DNA from: Candidatus Enterousia sp.
GTDB taxonomy: Bacteria; Pseudomonadota; Alphaproteobacteria; Rs-D84
Direction of reading: 5' to 3'
NCBI GenBank assembly: GCA_045546075.1
Contig: JAZQCF010000008.1
Span: 17,137 to 81,136, forward strand
DNA: 64,000 bases
Position 1 is the stretch's first letter, and every line of letters begins with the position of its first letter. Shown here piece by piece: positions 18,291-26,592 of this stretch. Under the pieces are notes generated by a model. The model worked only from the letters and a program-made list of their open reading frames with translations, had not been told where the DNA came from and ran no database searches. Position numbers and translations under genes: made by a program.

Positions 18291-18318
18291 ACACCAAAAT
18301 GGAAAGGGGGAGTACACA

Positions 18319-19074
18319 ATGCACAAAAAATTACTGTTCGGTTTAATCGGCGCGATTGTTGCAACAAACGCATTTGCGAACCAAATTGTCACAAGTCAAA
18401 CATACGTTGATAATATGGACGCATTAAAACAAGATAAAATTACCGCCGGTACCACAGGGGCGGTTGTCACATATAATGGCGAGATAGACGGTCAGGCACA
18501 ATTCAGCGAGCAGGCGATTTATGATGGTACAACAACATATGATGCCACGACAGATGCGAATAAACTTGTTACCGCCGGGGCGGTATCAAATATGGCACCG
18601 GCATTACCAACCGGAACGGCAAACGCCGCGGTTACATACGATGCCAACGGTAATATTGGCGGCGAACGGGGGATTTGGTCCTATGATTATCAATTTTATG
18701 GAGGCAGTGTCGACTATATGCAATCTTTTAAAGATAATTTAACTACGCTCGATAGTGTTAGAAGCGCGCTAGATTATGTGTCAACGGATATAACCAGTGT
18801 TATGCCGAATGGGGATAGTGCAACCAGAATGCTACCGGTGTTTAGGAACGACTATGATTCGCAGTATTCTAATAAAGATAAGTTTTGGAAAGTGATGATT
18901 ACAAATTCAATCAACGGGGAAAATAAGTGGGATACGTATAATTTAATTCCAAGTCTTATGGCGGTAAATGCGGGGTTGGATACCAAACAATCCAAAAAGG
19001 TTTGTGTCCGTTGGTTGCCAGATGTCGTCGAACAAACGGATGAAACCTGCCTGTTGTGGGATTTGCCGGACTAG
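18319..19074 (+). CDS. Secreted YVD/CLLW-family protein, paralog F2 (251 aa)
   Basis: GGGGGAG RBS, signal ending AFA, VTSQTYVDNMDALKQDKITAG..VVTY, TAGAV, C-terminal CLLW. Confidence 0.7.
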   Translation: MHKKLLFGLIGAIVATNAFANQIVTSQTYVDNMDALKQDKITAGTTGAVVTYNGEIDGQAQFSEQAIYDGTTTYDATTDANKLVTAGAVSNMAPALPTGTANAAVTYDANGNIGGERGIWSYDYQFYGGSVDYMQSFKDNLTTLDSVRSALDYVSTDITSVMPNGDSATRMLPVFRNDYDSQYSNKDKFWKVMITNSINGENKWDTYNLIPSLMAVNAGLDTKQSKKVCVRWLPDVVEQTDETCLLWDLPD

Positions 19075-20318
19075 ACGCGCGTTCCAATCAATACCCCACC
19101 ATCCGTGCCTGTGATTTTTATATCGCAAATTGTGCGGGCGGGAATTGGTGCGCCGGAAATGCGTACCGGAATGTCGTCCGGTGTGCGCGCCATATTGTTT
19201 GATTCCACCATAACCGATGTCCGCGTCCCGACCAAGCCCGCCATAAATTCGCGCATATTTTCCGCCGCCGCATCGGTTATGATTTTAACGCGCCGTTTTG
19301 ATTCACTGCGCGGAACCTGGTTTTCCATTTCCGCCGCAACTGTGCCGGGGCGGGGCGAATACGGAAACGCGTGAACACGAATTGGTTTTAATTCGCGCAC
19401 CAATGATAAGGTTTCGTTAAATAATTCGTCTGTTTCCCCCGGAAAACCACAGATTATATCCCAACCGAAACTAACCCGGCTGGCCGCCAGTTTTACCAAT
19501 TCGCGTACCGTGTCCGCCGTGTGCCGCCGCCGCATCGCCCGCAAAATTGTATTTGAACCCGACTGCATAGAAAGATGCAGGTGCGGCATAAAACGTGCAT
19601 CGGTTTTCATCATTTCAATAATGTCACGAATAATCGGTACCGCCGGGTCAACCGAAGAGAGTCTCAACCGCCGTAACCCCGGCACATCATCTAATAACCG
19701 CCGGCACAGGTCATTTAACAAAAATGGCCGGCCATCATAATTCTTAATATATGATGCCGCATCTACACCGGTCAGGACAATTTCCCCAAATCCGTCCTTG
19801 GTCGCGCGGCATACGTCCGCCAATATATCATCGTATTCAAATGACACCGCCGGCCCCCGCAACAGGCGCGTCACACAATATGTGCAATCGTGATTGCAAC
19901 CATTTTGAACCTGGACAAACTTTTTCGATAATTCTGTGGTGCCGTCAAAGTTTCCCGCGAACGAATTGCCGCGTGTGCAGTCAGCCGACGCGCCCAAATA
20001 TGCACTCGGGTTCATCTTTTGCGCGTTGGGAATAACAACCGTGCCGGGAATTTTTTGAAACATTTCCGGGTTGCGTGTCGCGCCGCACCCGGTCACAAAG
20101 ATTGTCATGCCGGGATTTTCGCGTGCAATTTTTCGCACCGTTTGGCCACATTGACGTTCGGCTTCCCCGGTGACGGAACAAGTATTCACAACAACGCCGC
20201 AAATTCCGTGCGCCGCCAACATATTTTTTATCTTTTCGCATTCCAACGCGTTCAGCCGGCAACCGAAAGACAAAGTTTTTATATCATTTTTATCATTTTC
20301 TACTTGCATTTTTACCAT
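19071..20318 (-). CDS. mtaB: Radical-SAM methylthiotransferase (MiaB/MtaB family)
   Basis: FGCRLN N-terminal domain and CNHDCTYC radical-SAM cluster. Its stop overlaps the F2 stop (CTAG). Confidence 0.75.
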   Translation of the reverse strand: MVKMQVENDKNDIKTLSFGCRLNALECEKIKNMLAAHGICGVVVNTCSVTGEAERQCGQTVRKIARENPGMTIFVTGCGATRNPEMFQKIPGTVVIPNAQKMNPSAYLGASADCTRGNSFAGNFDGTTELSKKFVQVQNGCNHDCTYCVTRLLRGPAVSFEYDDILADVCRATKDGFGEIVLTGVDAASYIKNYDGRPFLLNDLCRRLLDDVPGLRRLRLSSVDPAVPIIRDIIEMMKTDARFMPHLHLSMQSGSNTILRAMRRRHTADTVRELVKLAASRVSFGWDIICGFPGETDELFNETLSLVRELKPIRVHAFPYSPRPGTVAAEMENQVPRSESKRRVKIITDAAAENMREFMAGLVGTRTSVMVESNNMARTPDDIPVRISGAPIPARTICDIKITGTDGGVLIGTRV

Positions 20319-20368
20319 CCTTGGGGCATTATAGCGAGACGAAAATATATTTCAACAAAGGATTTATA

Positions 20369-20758
20369 ATGGCACGTACAACAAATTCTGACACATTACC
20401 ATTTGTGGAAAGCAGATATGAACTGGGGATGCTGGCATCTCAGCGGGTTCGCGATTTGAACGGTGGGGCCACACCGGTTGTGGAACGTGGAAACGACAAA
20501 CCAACGGTGACGGCGCTGCGCGAAATTGCAAGTGGAAAATTAGATGTCGCAAATTTGCGTCACGAATTTGTGCAATCTTACAAAGAAACACCGGTTGTTG
20601 AAAATGCCGAAGAAACGCTTGAAGTCAACAGCGTTGACCCGGCACTGCGCGAAATTGACGCGGAATTGGAAGAATCATTGGTGACCGAAGACCCGGTTGA
20701 TGCCGCCGATTTGGTTGCCGAAGATGTCGCCGACGATGATTCGGGTGACGACGAATAA
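20369..20758 (+). CDS. rpoZ: RNA polymerase omega subunit with acidic tail
   Basis: SRYELGMLASQRVRDL core and a C-terminal D/E-rich extension. Confidence 0.75.
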   Translation: MARTTNSDTLPFVESRYELGMLASQRVRDLNGGATPVVERGNDKPTVTALREIASGKLDVANLRHEFVQSYKETPVVENAEETLEVNSVDPALREIDAELEESLVTEDPVDAADLVAEDVADDDSGDDE

Positions 20759-20770
20759 ATAACTGAATCC

Positions 20771-20861
20771 GGAGATGTCGCATAGTTGGTCTAGTGCGCC
20801 ACATTGGAAATGTGGTATACGGGCAACCGTATCAAGGGTTCGAATCCCTTCATCTCCGCCA
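20771..20861 (+). tRNA. tRNA-Ser (anticodon GGA)
   Basis: GGAGATG acceptor, anticodon arm CCACA-TTGGAAA-TGTGG, long variable arm, GGGTTCGAATCCC, CCA encoded. Confidence 0.9.
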
Positions 20862-20869
20862 CAAAAATC

Positions 20870-20896
20870 AAACGCCCATTTGGGCGTTTTGTTTTT
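20870..20896 (+). terminator. Intrinsic terminator after tRNA-Ser
   Basis: AAACGCCCA-TTT-GGGCGTTT followed by TGTTTTT. Confidence 0.7.
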
Positions 20897-21004
20897 GTGT
20901 TGTCGATTCCGGGATTCGAACCCGGGGTTAAGGGTTCGAACCGCAGCCGAAAGGCAGACGAGAGTCGGCCGGTGAGCAAAGCGAATGAGGCAAGGTGGCG
21001 AAGC

Positions 21005-21023
21005 AATCCCTTCATCTCCGCCA
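21005..21023 (+). repeat. 19-nt direct duplicate of tRNA-Ser(GGA) 3' end
   Basis: AATCCCTTCATCTCCGCCA is identical to 20843-20861. Confidence 0.8.
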
Positions 21024-21029
21024 GAATAA

Positions 21030-21068
21030 AATCTTAAAAATCCGCGACTGCGGATTTTTTGATTTTAT
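21030..21068 (+). repeat. 39-nt direct repeat (copy 1) containing a terminator hairpin
   Basis: AATCTTAAAAATCCGCGACTGCGGATTTTTTGATTTTAT is identical to 21202-21240. Confidence 0.85.
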
Positions 21069-21069
21069 A

Positions 21070-21086
21070 GGCGGAGATGAAGGGAT
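21070..21086 (-). repeat. Inverted copy of tRNA-Ser(GGA) 3' end
   Basis: GGCGGAGATGAAGGGAT is the reverse complement of ATCCCTTCATCTCCGCC. Confidence 0.75.
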
Positions 21087-21201
21087 GTGTGCGAGCGCAG
21101 CGCAGCACACAATCCGCGAATAAACAATTAGAAAAATCATAAAAATCGCCGGAACAAGATTTTTATAGATTTTAATTATTGTTTATCAAGACAACCAATT
21201 T

Positions 21202-21240
21202 AATCTTAAAAATCCGCGACTGCGGATTTTTTGATTTTAT
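21202..21240 (+). repeat. 39-nt direct repeat (copy 2)
   Basis: Identical to 21030-21068. Confidence 0.85.
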
Positions 21241-21329
21241 GTTTTGGAAATTCTTGGTAAAAAATCCACTTGCCCGGTGCGGGGAAAATCTGTATCATAG
21301 ATTCCCGTAGAGCAGGGGAACAATTTATT

Positions 21330-23936
21330 ATGAAATATCGTGGATTGACCGCCGCCGCGGTCACGCAAAGTCGCGAAAAATATGGCGCAAACACTATGCC
21401 GGAACCACATGCGAAAACCGCATGGGAATTTTTATTGGATGTGTTTCGCGATAAAATAAACATTATTTTATTGATAATGACGATTATATTCGCGGTCCTT
21501 GCGATATTGGGCTTTGGCGAATTAACCGAGGCATTGGGTATCGGGGCGGTCTTGGTTATTGTATGTGTTGTAAATGTTATTACCCACCTGCGCGCGCAAC
21601 ACAGTACCATCGAACTGCGTCGCCGCGCATCAAAACAGATGTGCAATGTCGTGCGTGCCGGACGCGTGCGCAACATAGACAGCACAGAAATCGTCGTTGG
21701 CGATATAGTTTTAATTTCGGCGGGCGAAACAATTCCGGCCGATGGATATATCGTATCGGGACATGTGGAAGTAAATAATTCCGTCCTTAATGGCGAAAGT
21801 GATGAAGTTCATAAATCACCGGTTGCAAATTTCAAGTATAACCGCGATGCCACCGTGACGGCGGATGATTATACCGATGCGAATCATGTCTTTGCGGGAA
21901 CAACGGTTCATGGCGGCGGGGGCGCAATGATTGTGACGCGCGTTGGCATGGACACCGAAAATGCAAAAATCTTGCGCGCGGTCGGCGATGTCCGCGAAGT
22001 AAAAACGACATTACAATTACAACTGGACCGGGTTGCGCGTGTAATTGGAAAATTTGGTGCGATATGTGCGATTGTGGTTGCGGCGTGTATGATAATATTT
22101 CACCTGGTCGCGTCCAATGCGCACGGCGTTGGGAACATTGTTTATATTGTTGTGTCGGCGATAACACTGGCATTGACGATTTTTGTTGCCGCCGTTCCCG
22201 AAGGACTGCCGTTTATCATAGAAATCATTACATCCCAAAATGCACACAAAATGACACGGGCGAATCTGTTGGCAAAAAATCCCCATAAAATCCCAGAGGC
22301 CGGAAATATACAATTACTCTGTACCGACAAAACCGGCACGATTACATTTGGCCGTATGCAGCCGGTTGCAAATTACCTTGGCGATGGGACAAATGTCGGG
22401 TTTGCGGTCCGGTCGATTGGTGCCACGGCCGAAATTGCGAATAATATCGTCCTGAACGGGCGTGCAATGTTGGATGCAAACGGCAATATAGTCGGCGGAA
22501 ACACGACGGAAAGGGCGCTGTTCGGGGCAATGAATTTAACTGCGCACCGCATCGCAACCATTCGCCGCGAAAATCATATCGTTGCAAAAATCCCATTCGC
22601 CAGTGCACATAAATTTTCGGCCACAACCGTGCGCGGTCCAAACGGCACGCGAACATATGTTATGGCGGCCCCAGAAATCATATTGGCGCACGCGAACCGG
22701 TATATTGATACGGATGGTGCGGTTCATTCTATGCGCGGGTCCAAGGTAAAACGTTTAATGGTGTCAAATGCGCGCCGTGCGATGCGTGTAATTGCAACCG
22801 CGTATTATGATGGCGCAATATCGGGTAATGCCGTGCCAGACAATTTGGTCTTTATTGCGTTGTCCATTATGCGGGACGAAGTTCGCCCCGGTGTCGCCGA
22901 TGTGGTTGGCGCGATGCATGAATCGGGTGTTCGTGTTATGATGATAACGGGCGATAATTTGGAAACCGCGCGGGTTATCGCAACGGAATCGGGCATCATA
23001 TCAAACGACCAAGACATCGCAATATCGGCCACCGAATTTGATGCTTTGCCGGATGCGCGGGCGCGTCGAATGTTGCCCAAGATATCTGTGATTGCGCGTG
23101 CAACACCATACACTAAATTGCGCATGGTTGAATTGGCGCGTATGGATGGAATAAGTATAGGTATGTGTGGCGACGGCACGAACGATGCGCCGGCACTGCG
23201 CGCCGCCGATGTGGGCTTTGCCATGGGCGACAGTACCGATGTATGCAAAGGCGCAAGCGATATAATCATTGTCGATAATAATTTTATATCTATCGCGAAC
23301 AGTATTTTGATGGGGCGCACATTTATGCATAATGTGGTTGGATTTTTGCGGTTTCAATTACCGATAAACTTTATCTTGGTCGCGGTCAGCATTCTGTTCC
23401 CGCTGTTTTTAGGCTTTGATGCGATAATGGCGGTCCAGATTTTGATTATAAACATTATTATCGACAGTTTGAATTCTTTGGCATTTGGTGGCGAAGCGGC
23501 ACGACCCGAATATATGCGCGAACCCGTGCATGGTAAAAATTCGCCATTGATTACGCGTGAAACATTGCGCGGTGTTATTTGGACAACGGTGGTCGGCGTG
23601 TTCATAGTGTCCATTACCACAACGCCGGCGGCAATGCGTTTGTTTGGCAATGCGGACGTGGCGTTGTCGGCCCGTTTCGCATTGATAATTATTGTTGCGA
23701 TGTTAAATGGTTTTTGCGTGCGTGCGCCGGGGTATAATATATTTTCGGGATTGCGTGCGAACCCAATGTTTGTGGCGGTGGCGGCGTTTGTGTTTGTGGG
23801 AACATACCTGTGCGTGACATTTGGTGGCGCGGCATTACACCTGACCCCAATGGGGTGGGAACAATGGTTTGTTGTTGCGGGATTGGGACTGTGCGTTGTT
23901 CCATTAAATATGCTTTATAAAAGAATCTTTCGATAA
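21330..23936 (+). CDS. P-type cation-transporting ATPase (Ca2+/P2-type-like)
   Basis: AGGGGAA RBS, CTDKTGTIT phosphorylation site, MITGDN, GDGTNDAPAL, multiple TM segments. Confidence 0.85.
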   Translation: MKYRGLTAAAVTQSREKYGANTMPEPHAKTAWEFLLDVFRDKINIILLIMTIIFAVLAILGFGELTEALGIGAVLVIVCVVNVITHLRAQHSTIELRRRASKQMCNVVRAGRVRNIDSTEIVVGDIVLISAGETIPADGYIVSGHVEVNNSVLNGESDEVHKSPVANFKYNRDATVTADDYTDANHVFAGTTVHGGGGAMIVTRVGMDTENAKILRAVGDVREVKTTLQLQLDRVARVIGKFGAICAIVVAACMIIFHLVASNAHGVGNIVYIVVSAITLALTIFVAAVPEGLPFIIEIITSQNAHKMTRANLLAKNPHKIPEAGNIQLLCTDKTGTITFGRMQPVANYLGDGTNVGFAVRSIGATAEIANNIVLNGRAMLDANGNIVGGNTTERALFGAMNLTAHRIATIRRENHIVAKIPFASAHKFSATTVRGPNGTRTYVMAAPEIILAHANRYIDTDGAVHSMRGSKVKRLMVSNARRAMRVIATAYYDGAISGNAVPDNLVFIALSIMRDEVRPGVADVVGAMHESGVRVMMITGDNLETARVIATESGIISNDQDIAISATEFDALPDARARRMLPKISVIARATPYTKLRMVELARMDGISIGMCGDGTNDAPALRAADVGFAMGDSTDVCKGASDIIIVDNNFISIANSILMGRTFMHNVVGFLRFQLPINFILVAVSILFPLFLGFDAIMAVQILIINIIIDSLNSLAFGGEAARPEYMREPVHGKNSPLITRETLRGVIWTTVVGVFIVSITTTPAAMRLFGNADVALSARFALIIIVAMLNGFCVRAPGYNIFSGLRANPMFVAVAAFVFVGTYLCVTFGGAALHLTPMGWEQWFVVAGLGLCVVPLNMLYKRIFR

Positions 23937-23942
23937 AAGTCC

Positions 23943-23971
23943 TTGACCGGGATATGCGTTTTTGATAGAAT
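23943..23971 (+). promoter_or_regulatory. Promoter of leader copy 2 / F3
   Basis: TTGACC, 17-nt spacer, TAGAAT. Confidence 0.6.
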
Positions 23972-23977
23972 AGCAAA

Positions 23978-24190
23978 TGAATCGGATGGGAATCCGTTTC
24001 GGGGCTGTAGCAGGCCTATGTGTATCCGGTGCAATGCATCGTAATCCGTTGCGATTTCCGTGTTTTTGCACCGCAATATTACCCCAATAGTGGTTGGGGT
24101 GCCGGTGGTGTATATATAAATATCATCGGGATCGTTGATACACATGATTTGCTAACACCCCGACCGTCAATTCCCATTGACGGTTGTTTT
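23978..24190 (+). promoter_or_regulatory. Structured 5' leader copy 2 (candidate riboswitch/attenuator) with terminator 24163-24190
   Basis: Homologous to 18068-18290, with hairpins 24028-24072 and 24082-24099. A 10-bp alternative helix GGTTGGGGTG:CACCCCGACC overlaps the terminator stem. Confidence 0.6.
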
Positions 24191-24212
24191 ATACCAAAAA
24201 AGAGGGAATTCA

Positions 24213-25097
24213 ATGAGCAAAAAATTACTTTTCGCCATAATCGCGACAATTTGTACCACCACCGCATTCGCAGATTCAAAAACTATAACGACCCAGGATT
24301 ATGTAGATACAAATTTCCAAACAAAGATTCCCGCTACATCATCAGATCTTGAATGGGTAACAAAAACTTTGGTGGCAACAACGGACACCGCCGGTCAAGT
24401 TGAACAAATAGGGGTTTATAGTTCTGATCTAGAAGATTACGGTGGTAGTAGTTATTTGCCACAATACAATTTGGATATTAATAGTTTCAACATGATTAAC
24501 AATGTTATTCCTACATATGCAAGTACGTATATGGATAAAGAGCAGCTTCGGCTTGATATGTATGGGAATATGCAAATACGAATTCCCAGAAGTGGTGAAA
24601 TAGTATACGAATATGGGGTTGGCGACAATGGTCCCTATACAAGTTCGTTAACAATGACTACTTGGAATAATCCTTGGTGGTTGCGTAATGATGTCAAAGG
24701 GACCGGTTTGGTTACCAAAACAAGTACCGATGGCGGTGTTGGTGAACGTCAAATTATTGAAACGGCGGATGTTGCAAATTATGGGACCGGCACCGCCACC
24801 GAACAACAAATTCAAGAAATATCTATTCCCACAATGGGGGCGGTTATGGCGGCAATTTCAAATAATACCCCCTCATTACCAACGGGGACGGCGGGAAATG
24901 TCGTCACATATAACGCATCCGGTCAAATCGGTGGTTCGGTTGCAACATATAACGGTTCGACCACATACAACGCATCAACCGATGCATCGAAAATCGCGGT
25001 TATGTCCGCGGTGCAACGCAAAATGACCTGTGCGCAGTATGTTCAAAATGCCGCAGAAACACCGGAAAACTGCCTGTTATGGAACGTGCTAGATTAA
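24213..25097 (+). CDS. Secreted YVD/CLLW-family protein, paralog F3 (294 aa)
   Basis: Signal ending AFA, TTQDYVDTNFQTKI, NVVTYNASGQIGG, TMGAV, C-terminal TC...NCLLW. Confidence 0.7.
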   Translation: MSKKLLFAIIATICTTTAFADSKTITTQDYVDTNFQTKIPATSSDLEWVTKTLVATTDTAGQVEQIGVYSSDLEDYGGSSYLPQYNLDINSFNMINNVIPTYASTYMDKEQLRLDMYGNMQIRIPRSGEIVYEYGVGDNGPYTSSLTMTTWNNPWWLRNDVKGTGLVTKTSTDGGVGERQIIETADVANYGTGTATEQQIQEISIPTMGAVMAAISNNTPSLPTGTAGNVVTYNASGQIGGSVATYNGSTTYNASTDASKIAVMSAVQRKMTCAQYVQNAAETPENCLLWNVLD

Positions 25098-25103
25098 AAA
25101 AAT

Positions 25104-25272
25104 TCCAGATAATTGTCATCCCGCGGCATCGGGCCCCGCAAAATTTGAAAAAAATTTTGTGGGTGGTCTAACGCGGGATCTCGTCAGTATCGTCGTGAAT
25201 CAAAGAGATCCCGGCCTGAATCACCCACAAAATGCGTTCGCATTTTTCGGGGCCCGATGCCGCCGGGATGAC
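25104..25272. repeat. MITE-like nested palindrome (four-way-junction architecture) sharing its terminus with the GIY-YIG cassette
   Basis: It starts TCCAGATAATTGTCATCCCG (compare TCCAGATACCCGTCATCCCG at 9948). The 24/25-nt outer arms 25115-25138 and 25248-25272 enclose three internal hairpins. Confidence 0.75.
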
Positions 25273-25284
25273 GGCCTGTTTTTG

Positions 25285-25304
25285 CGGGCACGTGTCCGTT
25301 TTTT
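25285..25304 (+). terminator. Probable terminator of F3 transcript
   Basis: CGGG-CACGTG-TCCG followed by T6. Confidence 0.45.
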
Positions 25305-25336
25305 GTTCGACACCCCGTCACCCCGTTTATCGAATA

Positions 25337-25365
25337 TTGACAAAAATAAATTTATGTATTATAAT
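25337..25365 (+). promoter_or_regulatory. Consensus sigma70 promoter
   Basis: TTGACA, exactly 17-nt spacer, TATAAT. Confidence 0.7.
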
Positions 25366-25388
25366 AATTGTCCAATAAAGGTATTATA

Positions 25389-26435
25389 ATGCGTAAAATG
25401 TGTATTTTTTGCGGGCATCGGCCGGTGGACAAGAATAAAGAACACGTTATTCCACAATGGCTTATTCGTGCCACGGGGCGGGCGGGTTCGCCGATTGTTG
25501 ACGGCCCGGACAAAAAGATTGGGTTTATGTCGTTCACTATGCCGGCATGTACCGCGTGTAATGAACGGTATTCCAAATTAGAACTTGCAACCAAGGGCGT
25601 TATGGAAAAGATTTTTGCCGGCGCGTCCGTCAATGCCGCGGAAATCAACACATTACTTGATTGGTTTGACAAGGTTCGCGTGGGATTGTGGCTGGCGAAC
25701 GCGTATTTGAATCCAAAAATGTATGATTTTCAACCGAAAATCGCCATAGACACACGTGTTGGCAAACTGGACCGCGCATTGATTGTGGAAAAGATAGATA
25801 TGCCGGCATCCGACAAGGGAATTTTAATTGAAGGCATTTATTCGCCAATATTCATATATTCTCCGTCGGTTTTTCAAATGTTGATAAATAATTATTCTTT
25901 TACCAGTGCGTCCAGTATAAATCTGGTGTCGCCGCGGTTGGGGTTCCCGATGCTGGCCAATGTTGCGGTGGTATCCAGTGGTCGAACCAGTGCAAATATA
26001 CAATCCACGCGTGAAAAAATCTTGCGCCCGGTTATCAAAGAATTTGAACCAAATCGCAATCAAATTGTGTTTTATCAACCGATGTTCACGCAATACCAAT
26101 CGTTACCACAATTTGATACAAAATATGTGCGCGAACATTCATTGGACTTTGCATCCGGCCGGGGCGGAATATTTTACAGCCGCGGCACCCACACAACGGT
26201 CAACTATATGTCGCCGACGGACAGTGTTCGTATAAACCCGCCGATGTATCCAAACAATGACCAAGAATTGAACGGTATTTATCGGCGTATGTATGAAATG
26301 CAGGTGTCTGTGAACAATATGCCAATAAAATTCGATACAGGTGACAAAAATGTTGATGCCAAATTGGCAATGTTGCGCCGTGAAAAATCTGATTTTGTGT
26401 CGAACTTTGTCAAAGATAAGTTTAATGGCCGGTAA
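25389..26435 (+). CDS. HNH-nuclease-domain fusion protein (348 aa)
   Basis: N-terminus CIFCG...KNKEHVIPQWL...CTACNERY (CxxC-H-N-CxxCN HNH pattern), then ~280 aa of unknown domain. The start was chosen downstream of the promoter -10. Confidence 0.6.
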   Translation: MRKMCIFCGHRPVDKNKEHVIPQWLIRATGRAGSPIVDGPDKKIGFMSFTMPACTACNERYSKLELATKGVMEKIFAGASVNAAEINTLLDWFDKVRVGLWLANAYLNPKMYDFQPKIAIDTRVGKLDRALIVEKIDMPASDKGILIEGIYSPIFIYSPSVFQMLINNYSFTSASSINLVSPRLGFPMLANVAVVSSGRTSANIQSTREKILRPVIKEFEPNRNQIVFYQPMFTQYQSLPQFDTKYVREHSLDFASGRGGIFYSRGTHTTVNYMSPTDSVRINPPMYPNNDQELNGIYRRMYEMQVSVNNMPIKFDTGDKNVDAKLAMLRREKSDFVSNFVKDKFNGR

Positions 26436-26448
26436 TATACGATTTTCC

Positions 26449-26477
26449 TTGATTTTTCAAAATAAATGGTATAGTAT
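26449..26477 (+). promoter_or_regulatory. Promoter of rpsD
   Basis: TTGATT, 17-nt spacer, TAGTAT, leaving a ~115-nt leader. Confidence 0.5.
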
Positions 26478-26592
26478 GGCATCCGCTGGATAATATTTCA
26501 GGACTGATTAAGGCGCGGTGCGTTTTGGTCCCGCGGTCGATAAGGTTCCTGTCAAACGTCCGGCACAATAAAAAACCAAAAGGATTATAAAA

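Noticed and set aside
20901-20945. Possible minus-strand tRNA (CCGGGATTCGAACCCGG T-arm)
   Set aside because: No matching 5' acceptor strand, D arm or anticodon arm could be assembled. I interpret it as a tRNA fragment within the att-scar region.
21206-21685. 159-aa minus-strand ORF
   Set aside because: It overlaps the N-terminus of the P-type ATPase in antisense and the repeat region, and has no RBS.
26436-26592. rpsD leader as an S4 autoregulatory pseudoknot
   Set aside because: A hairpin (CGCGG...CCGCG) exists, but I cannot recognise the known S4-binding structure by eye, so it is left unannotated.
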